The notes below the pieces were generated by a model. The model was not told where the DNA came from and did not search any database. It worked only from the letters and a program-made list of their open reading frames with translations. A stretch of 64,000 bases of DNA from Nitrospirota bacterium (GTDB lineage Bacteria; Nitrospirota; Nitrospiria; 2-01-FULL-66-17), in the NCBI GenBank assembly GCA_049325335.1, contig JBMOMC010000001.1:128001-192000 (forward strand), in the 5' to 3' direction. The translations under genes and the position numbers were made by a program. Positions 23,012 through 32,655 of this stretch are shown here, piece after piece. Positions within the stretch are counted from its first letter, which is position 1. Every line of letters starts with the position of its first letter.

Positions 23012-23018
23012 ACGATGG

Positions 23019-23066
23019 GACTCCTTCCGGCTCTAAAGCCCTCGCACCAGGGCGAGAGCAAGGACC
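23019..23066 (-). promoter_or_regulatory. S6:S18 ribosomal-protein leader RNA (autoregulatory)
   Basis: UCCUU pairs with the SD AAGGAG; inner hairpin GCUCUCGC/GCGAGGGC; unpaired CCG next to the SD stem. Confidence 0.7.
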
Positions 23067-23070
23067 GCGC

Positions 23071-23100
23071 TTTATAGCACAGGGCCCGACGAGAAAGCAA
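23071..23100 (-). promoter_or_regulatory. Putative sigma70 promoter of rpsF-ssb-rpsR
   Basis: TTGCTT-N18-TATAAA with extended -10 TG. Confidence 0.6.
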
Positions 23101-23220
23101 GGCGTGTTGGTCGGACCGGGCTGACGTCCGCAGTCTCCGGTCCCTTGATCGGGTCGAACCCATTCTGCTACAGTGCCCCGCCATGCACCATCACTCAATG
23201 TATTCCTATTTGGAATATCC

Positions 23221-23868
23221 ATGACCCGCGCGATCTCCGCCTGGATCGGAGTGGACGAGTCCGGCAAAGGGGACTACTTCGGGCCGTTGGTGATCGCCGC
23301 GGTCTGCGTAGACGAAGAGACCGCGGGCATGCTGCGGGGCTCCGGCGTGCGCGACAGCAAGACACTGTCGGATCGCACCATCGAGGATCTGGCCAAAGAA
23401 ATCGAAGGGTTGTGCCGAGCCAGCGTGGTGGCGATCGGCCCGGCAAAGTACAACGAACTGTATGAGAAGTTCCGCAACCTCAATCGACTCTTGGGGTGGG
23501 GCCACGCGAGGGCCATCGAAAACGTACTGGAAGCCGGGTGTCCCGCGACACGCGCCATCAGCGATCAGTTCGGCGACGAACGATTTATCACGAGCGCGTT
23601 GATGGACAAGGGCCGGACTATCCAATTGACGCAACGCCCGCGCGCCGAAGAAGACGTGGCGGTGGCCGCGGCCTCGATCATGGCGCGGGCCGAGTTCGTC
23701 AGGCGTCTGGACCGCCTCTCGGATGAGGCCGGACTCGTGTTGCCCAAGGGCGCGTCCAATCTCGTGGATGCCGCGGCCAAGCGGTTGGTCCGCGCGAAAG
23801 GGAAAGAGGCGCTTGCCCTGTTCGCCAAGGTGCACTTTAAGACCACCGCCAAAGTGCTCGCGGGATGA
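23221..23868 (+). CDS. rnhC: Ribonuclease HIII (catalytic domain only)
   Basis: IGVDESGKGDYFGPLVIAAV, GVRDSK, ISDQF, AVAAASIMAR, LPKGAS, AKVHFKT. Confidence 0.9.
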   Translation: MTRAISAWIGVDESGKGDYFGPLVIAAVCVDEETAGMLRGSGVRDSKTLSDRTIEDLAKEIEGLCRASVVAIGPAKYNELYEKFRNLNRLLGWGHARAIENVLEAGCPATRAISDQFGDERFITSALMDKGRTIQLTQRPRAEEDVAVAAASIMARAEFVRRLDRLSDEAGLVLPKGASNLVDAAAKRLVRAKGKEALALFAKVHFKTTAKVLAG

Positions 23869-23893
23869 CGGGGACGACGCGCTTACGTATAAT
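23865..23893 (+). promoter_or_regulatory. Putative sigma70 promoter
   Basis: ATGACG-N17-TATAAT ahead of ATG 23909. Confidence 0.5.
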
Positions 23894-23908
23894 GCTAATG
23901 CCGCGCCG

Positions 23909-24766
23909 ATGGTGACTCCGCGACGCAAACTCCCTGACCCCGCGACGCACGTGGAGCAGGTCAAAGCCTTCTACGCCAACATCGCGGGGCTCAACCTCGC
24001 GCAGTTCCCGTACTTCGTCCGAATCTATCAACTCTTCGACGCCTGCCAGCGCGAAATCTTCGAATGGGGACGTCACGGCGGGCCGTACGAGTCCGTGTTG
24101 GACGTCGGGTGCGGGGAGGGCTACCACACGTTGTACGCCGCGCGCTTCGCCAAACAGGTCACGGGTTTGGACGTCTCGCCGGATGCGCTCGCGCTGGCCG
24201 AGCAGCGGGCCCGCCGCGAACGCGTGAGCAACGTCCGCTTCGTGTGTTCGGACCTCACCAGCCCGCCGCTGCAGGATGCCTCGTTCGACTGCGTGATCGC
24301 GTACGGCGACGTGATCGGCCACATCCCGGAGTACGACGCCGCGCTCGCGCAACTCTCCCGCCTCTGTAAACCCGGCGCGCTGATGGTGCTGGATTACGAC
24401 AACAAATACCACCCCGGCCTGCTCTGGGACGCGGAGGAGCGGCGTCTCGCGCGGGAGACCCCGGATATCGGCCACACACACGCCTGGTCGTTTCGCGGAC
24501 GCGAACTCGCATTCAACACGTTCGGCCGCCGGGAAATGCGCGAGCTGCTCGCGCGCCACGGATTCGCGTTGGAACACGTCTACGGGTTCGATTTTTTTTC
24601 GTTCGTGATCCCGCGTCCCGAGCGCTACCAGTTCTCCGATCACATCGGACCGGGCGAACGCGCGGTGATGGCGCTCAACCGGCTGGACCTGGCCTGGCGG
24701 AATTGGTGGCCGGTCAACCGGTGGGCCTACACGCAGATCGGATTTGCGCGGAAAACCGCGGGATAA
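23909..24766 (+). CDS. Class I SAM-dependent methyltransferase
   Basis: VLDVGCGEG, GLDVSP, DASFDCV, LCKPGA. Confidence 0.88.
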   Translation: MVTPRRKLPDPATHVEQVKAFYANIAGLNLAQFPYFVRIYQLFDACQREIFEWGRHGGPYESVLDVGCGEGYHTLYAARFAKQVTGLDVSPDALALAEQRARRERVSNVRFVCSDLTSPPLQDASFDCVIAYGDVIGHIPEYDAALAQLSRLCKPGALMVLDYDNKYHPGLLWDAEERRLARETPDIGHTHAWSFRGRELAFNTFGRREMRELLARHGFALEHVYGFDFFSFVIPRPERYQFSDHIGPGERAVMALNRLDLAWRNWWPVNRWAYTQIGFARKTAG

Positions 24767-24780
24767 CCCTGCGAACGCCG

Positions 24781-25347
24781 CTAGGCCGCTCGGCGTTCGC
24801 GCTGGAGCGCCATCTGGCGCTTGAGCGCGTATTTGACCAAATGGTCGCGCTGGGATTCCTTGATGTCGCGAAACGCCACGCCGACGTCCAGAATATTGGA
24901 CTCGGTTTCCCCCTTCGCGGGACGGACTTGCACCACCTCACCTTTGACGAAGAGGTTGTGGAACGGGACCACCGGCAACACCACGTCCACCTCGATGAGG
25001 TTGCCGGCCTCCACCACCTGCGCCGTTAACAATCGCATCCCACCGCCGCTGACTTCAGACATCACGCCCGCGTGTGGAAACAGATCCGGACGGGACTCGG
25101 ACATCAAGTGTTTCACGATGAAACTGACCTTCCAATCCAGGTTCAGGAGCATGTCCATGAGTTCGGGGTGACCCGACCCATCATGGCTACCCCGCTCGCG
25201 CACTTCCGTCGGTTTCATCATCGGGAGGGACCACAACCAGTCCCGTCCCGCCGCAAGCGGCGCCGTCCCGGCCCCGCCCAACACGCGAAACGCCACCGGG
25301 CAATCCGCGGGGACCCGGACGTATTCTCGTCGTTCCGCCCCGGACAC
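24781..25347 (-). CDS. PilZ-domain protein
   Basis: ERREYVRV, EVSGGGMRL, KGEVV, VGVAF. Confidence 0.85.
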   Translation of the reverse strand: MSGAERREYVRVPADCPVAFRVLGGAGTAPLAAGRDWLWSLPMMKPTEVRERGSHDGSGHPELMDMLLNLDWKVSFIVKHLMSESRPDLFPHAGVMSEVSGGGMRLLTAQVVEAGNLIEVDVVLPVVPFHNLFVKGEVVQVRPAKGETESNILDVGVAFRDIKESQRDHLVKYALKRQMALQRERRAA

Positions 25348-25396
25348 GGCTACCCCCCGATCCTCAACGCGGAGCGCGTCTCCATCGATCCGCGGC

Positions 25397-26026
25397 TTAC
25401 GCCCCGACCGCCGTAATACGGCCCTGGAGATCGCGCTTCCACGCGGCCACCAGTTGCGCCCATTCCCCGTGGATGGCGGCGGAAAATCCCGCGGAGTCTC
25501 GCGTTTCGATCGCCTGCGCGGCGGCGCGCAACACGGCCGCGCACGCCCCCACGCGGGGATTCACCGGATCGTTCGATACGGCGTTCCCGTGCCCGGCCAG
25601 ATGATCCCAATACAGCAGCGAGCTATTGACGATGCCGATGGACTGCACGGCCCGCTTGGCGCCGTCGCCGACCGACCGAAATCGTTCGGCCGCCTCGCGA
25701 ACGCGCCCGTTCACGAACAGCGTGGCGGCTTCCGCGCTGTCCGCGTCCAGTTGATCCAATGTCGCCCGCAGCGTTTCGCCCTGCTGGGACAAAAAGGCGC
25801 GAAACGGCGTGGCCGTCACCGCGATGGCCCGGATCTGATCCGCCGCCATGTTCGCCCAGCGCTCCTCGTCGGCGCCGTCCAGCACCCGGCCGTTCATGGT
25901 GATTTCCGTGACGACCAGGCGGGCCGCCTCGGTGGTCGCGTAGATCACGTTCAAGATGTCTTGTAATGTCGTGGCCTGCCGCCCGACGCCGTCGCTGATC
26001 GGCGCCCCGTTTACCGTAATGTCCAT
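25397..26026 (-). CDS. Hypothetical flagellar-operon protein
   Basis: Strong SD AAGGAGG before MDITVNG; co-oriented downstream of fliT; frame is open upstream to at least 26251. Confidence 0.65.
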   Translation of the reverse strand: MDITVNGAPISDGVGRQATTLQDILNVIYATTEAARLVVTEITMNGRVLDGADEERWANMAADQIRAIAVTATPFRAFLSQQGETLRATLDQLDADSAEAATLFVNGRVREAAERFRSVGDGAKRAVQSIGIVNSSLLYWDHLAGHGNAVSNDPVNPRVGACAAVLRAAAQAIETRDSAGFSAAIHGEWAQLVAAWKRDLQGRITAVGA

Positions 26027-26271
26027 GCTTCCCTCCTTGGTCGTCATGTCCTGCGCATACCGATCAACCCCGCCGGGCTTCGGCGGCACGGTGGTCGGCC
26101 CTTCATCCGACGGCGCGCGGTCCTGCGGACCGTGCGCGGGGTCGGGACGCCGCCGTCGTTTGGGACGCGGATTCTGGCGCGGGTCGGGATGTTGTTGCAC
26201 CGGCCGCGACCGGCCGATGGGATCAGGCGCGTGCGGAGCGGTCGATGACATCGCGGCGGCACCGACCTCGG

Positions 26272-26616
26272 TTATCCCGTCGACGCGTCGGAGCGATCCG
26301 CATACGCTTCCAACGCGTGCCGTTGGTCCGCGGCCGCGGCGCTGATCGTGGTCATACGCGCCCGGACCAAGTCGGTCACCACGCGCTCCACCGCGAGAAT
26401 GTGGCGGATCAGCACGGTCTCCTCCGCGAGGTCTCGGTCGCCGGGATTCCGCTCCCCGCCGGCGTGTAAGCCGTCCACGACGGACTGCCGCCGGTCCAGG
26501 CACGCCTCGAACCCCTCCCAATCATCGCCCGACAAGGCCCGGACCAGTTGTTCGGACTCAGCCAACAGTCGTGCGTACGCCGACGGCGTCCGGTCCGCCA
26601 CGTCAGGCCTTTCCAT
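26272..26616 (-). CDS. fliT: FliT-like flagellar chaperone
   Basis: Follows fliS; helical; DDWEGFEACLDRRQ. Confidence 0.6.
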   Translation of the reverse strand: MERPDVADRTPSAYARLLAESEQLVRALSGDDWEGFEACLDRRQSVVDGLHAGGERNPGDRDLAEETVLIRHILAVERVVTDLVRARMTTISAAAADQRHALEAYADRSDASTG

Positions 26617-27073
26617 AGCTGATGGGATCGCGCGCCGGCGGGTCCGCCGACGGGACGGGCGGAAGCTGCGGCATCGGTGCCGTCGGGTTCGATTCGATCG
26701 TCGCCCACGCTTCCCGCAACTCACCCAGTAATCGCGACACCTCGTGTACGACGTCTTCGCGGTCGTGCAACGTCGCGTCCAAGAGGCGATTAGACATGTA
26801 GCTGTATAACGCTTCGAGGTTCGACGCGATTTCCCCACCGACTTCAAGATCCAAGCTCGCGATCAACTCATCGAAGATCGCGATGGCTTGGCCGATCCTC
26901 TCGCCTTTTTCGGCCACGCGGTGTTCCCGCATACACGCCCCGGCTAACCGCACGGCCTTGAGCGCGCCGTCCATCAACATCAGGATCAACTGGTGTCGGC
27001 TCGCGGTTTGCACCGCGGTTTCCAAACTCACAGTGGTGTAGGCGCTGACCGCACGCGAGGCGTCATAACTCAT
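26603..27073 (-). CDS. fliS: Flagellin chaperone FliS
   Basis: ASRHQLILMLMDGA, SLDLEVGGEIASNLEALYSYM, LREAW. Confidence 0.95.
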   Translation of the reverse strand: MSYDASRAVSAYTTVSLETAVQTASRHQLILMLMDGALKAVRLAGACMREHRVAEKGERIGQAIAIFDELIASLDLEVGGEIASNLEALYSYMSNRLLDATLHDREDVVHEVSRLLGELREAWATIESNPTAPMPQLPPVPSADPPARDPISYGKA

Positions 27074-27092
27074 GTGGCGCTCCCCTCCCTGG

Positions 27093-28520
27093 TCATGAAC
27101 CGTTCCCGCCGGTGATCGAGGACAGCGCGGACAGTTGTTGCGACAGAAAATCCCCGCTCTGCTGGAGTTGCCCCATCGCTTTCTCCAGCGCGATGAACCG
27201 CGCTTGATACGTTTTTTCCAATGTCGCCAGGCGACGGTTCAACGCGTCGATTTGCGCCTGTGTGCGTTTGACCGAGGCCCGCAGCCCGTCGGTCCGCGCG
27301 GGAATCATCGTGGTAATGAAATTTTTGGTCACGTCCTCCATGGCCTCAGCCATACCGTTGAACGTGTCCAGCACGCCTTGCGCATTGGTGTCGAGCGCGC
27401 CCTCCAGCACCTTGGTATCCAGGGTCAACACGCCCGAACGGTTGTGACTGAGGCCGAACCGAGCAGGCGTACTGCCGCTGTAGGACGTGGTGATGCCGGA
27501 GCGGAGGCTGTTGAGGATACCCCGCGCGGTGCTGTCGCCCGTCAACAGCACTTTTTTCCCGTCTTCAGGGACCGACAAACTCCTGGCCAACCCGGCCACC
27601 GAGTTGTACGCGCCCACGAACTCGTTGACGTTTTTGACAATCGCGCTCTTGTCCTTGGCCACGGTCAACGTGAGGGTGCTGCCCGAGGAGCCCTTGAGCA
27701 ACGTCAACGTCACGAAGGGAATCACGTCCGCAATGGTGTTGGACGATCGCGTCACGGTGAGGCCGTTGACCACCAACGAGGCATCCACCGCGGCCTGCGA
27801 CTGGGTCAGATTCGCGGTCCCGCCCGTCACCGCGCCGGCGGCGTTATACGTGGCATTTAACGCCAAGCGCGACAGCCCCGTGGTATCGGTTTCGGCCGTC
27901 GCCTCTTCAAAATTTCCATCGTGGTCTTCGTCCACCTTCACGACGAGCCGATTCGAGGCGCCCGTAGTGTTCACCGCCAGCGTGAGACGGTAGTTGGATC
28001 CGTCGTTGACCACCGCCGCGGTCACGCCGATTCCCGCGTTGTTGATCGCGTCTTTGATCCCGGTCAACGAGTTGTTGGTCGAGTTGATCGTAATATCCAC
28101 CGCGGTGCCGGTCCCCACTTGCAACCGGAGCGTTTGCACGGCATTGACGCTCAGATCCGCCACTTCGGCCGTGTCCGTCGCAAAGGTCGTGGAGTACAGG
28201 CTTTGGGCCGTGGCGATATTGGTGACGTTGATGCTGTGATTGGTCGGGGTCGCGGACGCGGTGGCGCTCGCCGTGAACACCGAGGCATCCGACGAACTCG
28301 CCGACATCTTGAGCAACGAATCGTCTTTGAGCGACGCCAACGCGGTCTTGAGCTTGGACAACGTGTCGAGCAATCCGCCATACGAGCTGATCTTGGCTTG
28401 ATCGGAGGCCTTGCGCGTGGTCAAACCCTGCAGCGGCTGCTGTTCCACCGCAACCAGTTTGGAGATGATCTCCTGGGTGTTGAACCCCGTGAACAACCCG
28501 GTGGGCGTGGTCAGCGGCAT
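27093..28520 (-). CDS. fliD: Flagellar filament cap FliD
   Basis: IISKLVAVEQ, VTNIATAQ, RSSNTIADVI, FVGAYN, YQARFIALE. Confidence 0.95.
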   Translation of the reverse strand: MPLTTPTGLFTGFNTQEIISKLVAVEQQPLQGLTTRKASDQAKISSYGGLLDTLSKLKTALASLKDDSLLKMSASSSDASVFTASATASATPTNHSINVTNIATAQSLYSTTFATDTAEVADLSVNAVQTLRLQVGTGTAVDITINSTNNSLTGIKDAINNAGIGVTAAVVNDGSNYRLTLAVNTTGASNRLVVKVDEDHDGNFEEATAETDTTGLSRLALNATYNAAGAVTGGTANLTQSQAAVDASLVVNGLTVTRSSNTIADVIPFVTLTLLKGSSGSTLTLTVAKDKSAIVKNVNEFVGAYNSVAGLARSLSVPEDGKKVLLTGDSTARGILNSLRSGITTSYSGSTPARFGLSHNRSGVLTLDTKVLEGALDTNAQGVLDTFNGMAEAMEDVTKNFITTMIPARTDGLRASVKRTQAQIDALNRRLATLEKTYQARFIALEKAMGQLQQSGDFLSQQLSALSSITGGNGS

Positions 28521-28521
28521 G

Positions 28522-28857
28522 TCACGCCCTGCGATCCAAGAGTCCCTGCGTCTGTTCCACGATCGCCCTCATGGCTTGCAACTGTTCGGCAGCGGGAATC
28601 TGCGCAATCGGATTCCCCTCACGGTCAACGATGCGAATGACGACCCGCCCATCCCCGTCAACAGCAAAAAACGCGGATCGCGCGGGACGGATCTCGACAG
28701 CGGGACCGGGATCAACCGGCACGGCTGCCCGCGGCTCGGTCGGCTCCGGCGCTGGACGCCGGCTCTTCTCCGTGGGAGCCGTGGACTTCTCTCGAATGTC
28801 GGCGGCCGGACGGGGTGTGACCCCAGCCGGACGCCAGCCGAACAGTCGAATTTCCAT
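28522..28857 (-). CDS. flaG: FlaG family protein
   Basis: Between fliC and fliD; VVIRIVDREGNPIAQIP, GLLDRRA. Confidence 0.8.
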   Translation of the reverse strand: MEIRLFGWRPAGVTPRPAADIREKSTAPTEKSRRPAPEPTEPRAAVPVDPGPAVEIRPARSAFFAVDGDGRVVIRIVDREGNPIAQIPAAEQLQAMRAIVEQTQGLLDRRA

Positions 28858-28884
28858 AGCTCGGTACTCTCTTTTAATGAAGGC

Positions 28885-28912
28885 GCGGGTGGGGGCGATC
28901 GCCCCCACCCGC
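28885..28912. repeat. Perfect 28-bp palindrome downstream of fliC
   Basis: GCGGGTGGGGGCGATCGCCCCCACCCGC; no U-tract on the minus strand. Confidence 0.8.
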
Positions 28913-28928
28913 CGGCCTTCCCTGACCG

Positions 28929-30470
28929 TTATCCGAGATTCTGTAACAGCGCCAACACGCTTTGCGGTTGCGAATTAGCCTGCGCCAAAATCGTGGTGCC
29001 CGCCTGTTGCAAGATCAACGTCTTGGTGAAGTTGGTCGTCTCCACCGCGAAATCCGCGTCCAATGTTCTGGACCGGGCTTGTGTCAGATTCAACCGGGTG
29101 CCTTCGATGTTCCGGATAGTGGATTCAAACCGGTTCAGTTTGGCGCCCAATTTCGCTTTCTCGGCCACGAACGTCTCCAGGCTCTGCTTGGCCGCCAAGA
29201 TCGCGATGTTGGAGTTGGCTACGTTGTTGACCGTGACGCTGTTGAGTGATTGGGCCGTCAACGACACGCTCGTCGCAGTCGTTGAGATGCCGAACGCGGA
29301 GAGCGTTGCGCTGCCGTCTGCGGTCACGGACGTGGTATTCAACCCCGCGTTGAAAATAATCTTGCCGTTGGCACCGGCCGCAACCGACATCACCGCCGAG
29401 CTGAGCACCCCGCTGATGATCGTGCCGCCGGACACCGCGGAATTGAGTGAGGCGGAAATCCCGGCGCCGTTGGTGTTGGCCAGCACGATGCGGGTGGTTG
29501 AGTCGATGGCCGACATGACCGCGCCCACCGAGCTGATGCCATACGCCGACACGCCCGTGGTCGTGGATTTGTTGTTGATCGCCGTGATCATATTCACGAT
29601 CGCGGCCGACGCGGCCGAACTGTTCGAGAAGCTGCCGACCTGCACCCCGTTGATGGTCAAGAAGCCCGGATCAATCGACGACGCGGTGGACGACACGTCC
29701 GCGGTTGCGATGGTCATGGCCGCCGACGCCCCGACCAGTGCGTTGCCGAAGCCGAACGCGGTCACGCTGTGGCTCGCGGTGTATTGATTGATGCGGTTAA
29801 TCAGGTTCAGGCTGTTGTTCTTGTAGTCCGTCGCCGTGGAAATGGCATCGCCGAGGTCCACGCCGCCCAAGCTCGCGCTGGCGCCCAAGCCCGCTGAGTT
29901 GTACGTCATGAACCCTGAGGCCGCCACGTCCGAAGCGCCCAGCGATGAGGAATACGAGGTCGACACACCCATGGTGGTCGGCGACACGTTGGTCGTGGAC
30001 ACGTTGATGGTCTCTTTGACTTCCACGCCGACCTGGATGTCGATGCTGAACTGCTGGTTCAAGAACTGTTCCCCATTGTACCGGGTCTGCGTCACGATAC
30101 GGTTCAACTCAGCCACCAGTTCCGTGACTTCCTGGTTCAACGAATCCCGGTCCGCCGAGGTGTTGTAGCTGGCGGACTGCTCGGCCAGCTCATAAATACG
30201 CTGCACGGCCGTGATCATTTCATCCATCGCGGCTTCCGCGGTCTGCGCCACCGAGATCCCGTCGTTGGCGTTTCGCATGGCCACGCTGAGGCCGGTGATG
30301 CTTCGCGTCATCCGGGTGGCGATAGCCAGACCCGCGGCGTCGTCCTTGGCGGAGTTAATCCGCAGGCCGGACGAGAGGCGCTGCATGGCTGTCTGCAACG
30401 GCGACTCGGTTTTGCGCAGGTTCTTCTGCGCATTCAGTGCCGCGATGTTCGTGTTAATGGTCATACCCAT
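28929..30470 (-). CDS. fliC: Flagellin
   Basis: INTNIAALNAQ, RLSSGLRINSAKDDAAGLAI, LGAKLNRF, SRTLDADFAVE, AQANSQPQSVLALL; Ser/Thr/Ala-rich core. Confidence 0.98.
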   Translation of the reverse strand: MGMTINTNIAALNAQKNLRKTESPLQTAMQRLSSGLRINSAKDDAAGLAIATRMTRSITGLSVAMRNANDGISVAQTAEAAMDEMITAVQRIYELAEQSASYNTSADRDSLNQEVTELVAELNRIVTQTRYNGEQFLNQQFSIDIQVGVEVKETINVSTTNVSPTTMGVSTSYSSSLGASDVAASGFMTYNSAGLGASASLGGVDLGDAISTATDYKNNSLNLINRINQYTASHSVTAFGFGNALVGASAAMTIATADVSSTASSIDPGFLTINGVQVGSFSNSSAASAAIVNMITAINNKSTTTGVSAYGISSVGAVMSAIDSTTRIVLANTNGAGISASLNSAVSGGTIISGVLSSAVMSVAAGANGKIIFNAGLNTTSVTADGSATLSAFGISTTATSVSLTAQSLNSVTVNNVANSNIAILAAKQSLETFVAEKAKLGAKLNRFESTIRNIEGTRLNLTQARSRTLDADFAVETTNFTKTLILQQAGTTILAQANSQPQSVLALLQNLG

Positions 30471-30572
30471 GTGCCGATCCTCCTTGAGAGAGAGTACCCG
30501 TCATCCCGCCAGGCTCTCACGCCCTTGCGACCGGGACGCTGCACCGCCACCGGCGGCGCCTTCTACCTCGCT

Positions 30573-30599
30573 TTATCGGAAGATCCGGCCGGAACTTTA
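30573..30599 (-). promoter_or_regulatory. Sigma28 (FliA) promoter of fliC
   Basis: TAAA-N15-TCCGATAA. Confidence 0.85.
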
Positions 30600-30648
30600 A
30601 CCCCCTGATATTGTTGCCATCCGAGGCCGCCCAACCGCGGCGCGGCCA

Positions 30649-32655
30649 CTACACTTTGAGCAATGGTCCGGCAAATGCAGGAAAATCGTCATTTTTGGGC
30701 AATCTCCCGACCCACTTGGCGAAAAACCCCACGCGGCCCTGCCACCCTTCATCCGGACGAGCCGCCCCGGATGTCTCCTCCCCGAGCCCCGCCGCATCCA
30801 TGACCCGGCCGGCCGCGCTCGCCACGTATCGGACGTCATAACCGTCCTGCTTGGCGGATAAACACATATCGACTTCAACCAGATGATCAGCGATACGCTC
30901 GTCGAATCCGCCCAGCGCGTCATACAGGTGGCGCGGCATGCCCAGAAATCCGCCGCCCACGGCCTCCGGCGAATGATCGGACGCCTCATGCGTGATCCGC
31001 ACCGGCACGTGGTTGAAATCGAACGCTATGCCCAGACAGTACGGCTCGGCATCCGCCCCCCACAACGGAATCCCCACCACGGCCCGACGCGCGGCGTCCG
31101 ACACCCCCACGCTCTCAACGTACTCCACCCCGGGCCGCAGGAAGATCAGGGATTCGCCGGTGGACGCCGCCGCGCCTTGGTTATACAACGCAGCCAGATT
31201 CCGCTCACGCGACTCCACGATCCGCACGTCGCCGGACAATCCCCCGACCACGCCGTGGGCGCTGTCGTGGTGGACGACGACCACCACCTCCCAATCCGGA
31301 TCCGTCACGTGGTCGGACAGCGCGGTCAGGGTCCGCACCAACGCGGATTCATCCGCGCCGCTCGGCACGATGTAACTCACCCGCCCCGTGATCCGGGACG
31401 CGGGCGACGGCGTGGCGCGCGGCGATCGCGCGCGGGATTCGACGATGTGGCGGATAACCTCCGCGCCCCGTTCAACCGACTCCGCGTTGACGCGATAAAA
31501 ATAGCGGCCCAGGAACTGCTCGACGCGCGCGCGCACCTTCTCCGGCACGCCGTCTTTGATGGTCCGATAGAGGGCCTCCCAGTTACCCGGCGGCCACACC
31601 GGCTGCGAGATCCCCCCTTTCGCGTAATGATCGACTTCGCCGTCTCGCCCCGGCAGCGAAAACAGCGGCTTGCCGAACGAGAGGGCTTCGACCGCCAACG
31701 TGGTTTTGCCCAAAGTCACGCAATAGTCGGCAATCGGCAGCAACCGATACGGATCATAATTTTGCACCACCACGCACGAGGGGAAGTGTTCGCGGAACGC
31801 GTCTTCCGTATTCTTCTTATAACTGGGATACGTCACCTTGGGATGCCACTTAAACACCTTCACCACGTCGTCGCCCAAGCCGTTCAAGAACTCCCGCCAA
31901 ATCGACACGTCTTTCACGACGCCCCACTGGAGTCCCACTAAAAACAGCACTACGGGTTTGCCCGGCGGGATGTTCAACTCGCGTTTGGTCTCCGCCACCC
32001 GGTCGGCCTGGAAATTCGCCTTGCGCAACATCGACAGGTGGGTGTTGCCGATCAACACCATCTTCTCCGAGGTGGCGCGCAATCGGACCAACCGCTCTTT
32101 GGTATCCTCCCCCCACAACATGAGGGCCGTGGAATACTCGGTATGTCCGCTAAAGCTCAACCGATCTTCGTAATAGTCTCCTTCCTGCAACGTCACCAAC
32201 GGGATGTGATATCGCGTCGCGAGATGGCCGATCAATTTCCCCCAGCGGTTTCGCTCGTGGAGCGCGACGAACACGTCGGGCTGCTCCCGGCGAATAAAGG
32301 CTTCGAGGCAAAAATACTCTTCCAAGCCGCTCGACAACAGGCTCGATTGCAGCACCATCGGCCAATGACGAAGCCCGTCCCATTGCGTACACCGCTCCGC
32401 CCACAGGTCCCAGAATTCTCGGGTCGCGCCGTCGAGGCGTTGTCGCGTCTCGTCGGTCGCGTACGCCTGGAGGATGCGACACGTTTTGCCCTTCTTGACC
32501 AAGTCCCGTTCAAACGGGAAGTCGCCCATCACCGTAAAATACAGCGGGATCGCGCCGCGGCGTTCGAGCTGATCCATCAACGGCGACAGAAACCGCGTGT
32601 GATGCGGCAACGCCACGAAACACGCGACCTTTTTCCCCTTGAGATCGCGACTCAT
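30649..32655 (-). CDS. Putative glycosyltransferase (GT-B-like N-terminal domain plus GT2-like C-terminal domain)
   Basis: LQEG, LMLWGE, KWHPK, VEALSFGKP; then VSYIVP, WEVVVV, YNQGA, LGGFDE. Confidence 0.7.
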   Translation of the reverse strand: MSRDLKGKKVACFVALPHHTRFLSPLMDQLERRGAIPLYFTVMGDFPFERDLVKKGKTCRILQAYATDETRQRLDGATREFWDLWAERCTQWDGLRHWPMVLQSSLLSSGLEEYFCLEAFIRREQPDVFVALHERNRWGKLIGHLATRYHIPLVTLQEGDYYEDRLSFSGHTEYSTALMLWGEDTKERLVRLRATSEKMVLIGNTHLSMLRKANFQADRVAETKRELNIPPGKPVVLFLVGLQWGVVKDVSIWREFLNGLGDDVVKVFKWHPKVTYPSYKKNTEDAFREHFPSCVVVQNYDPYRLLPIADYCVTLGKTTLAVEALSFGKPLFSLPGRDGEVDHYAKGGISQPVWPPGNWEALYRTIKDGVPEKVRARVEQFLGRYFYRVNAESVERGAEVIRHIVESRARSPRATPSPASRITGRVSYIVPSGADESALVRTLTALSDHVTDPDWEVVVVVHHDSAHGVVGGLSGDVRIVESRERNLAALYNQGAAASTGESLIFLRPGVEYVESVGVSDAARRAVVGIPLWGADAEPYCLGIAFDFNHVPVRITHEASDHSPEAVGGGFLGMPRHLYDALGGFDERIADHLVEVDMCLSAKQDGYDVRYVASAAGRVMDAAGLGEETSGAARPDEGWQGRVGFFAKWVGRLPKNDDFPAFAGPLLKV

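Noticed and set aside
23723..23908. Extension of the methyltransferase ORF into rnhC
   Set aside because: Overlaps rnhC out of frame; a TATAAT promoter precedes ATG 23909.
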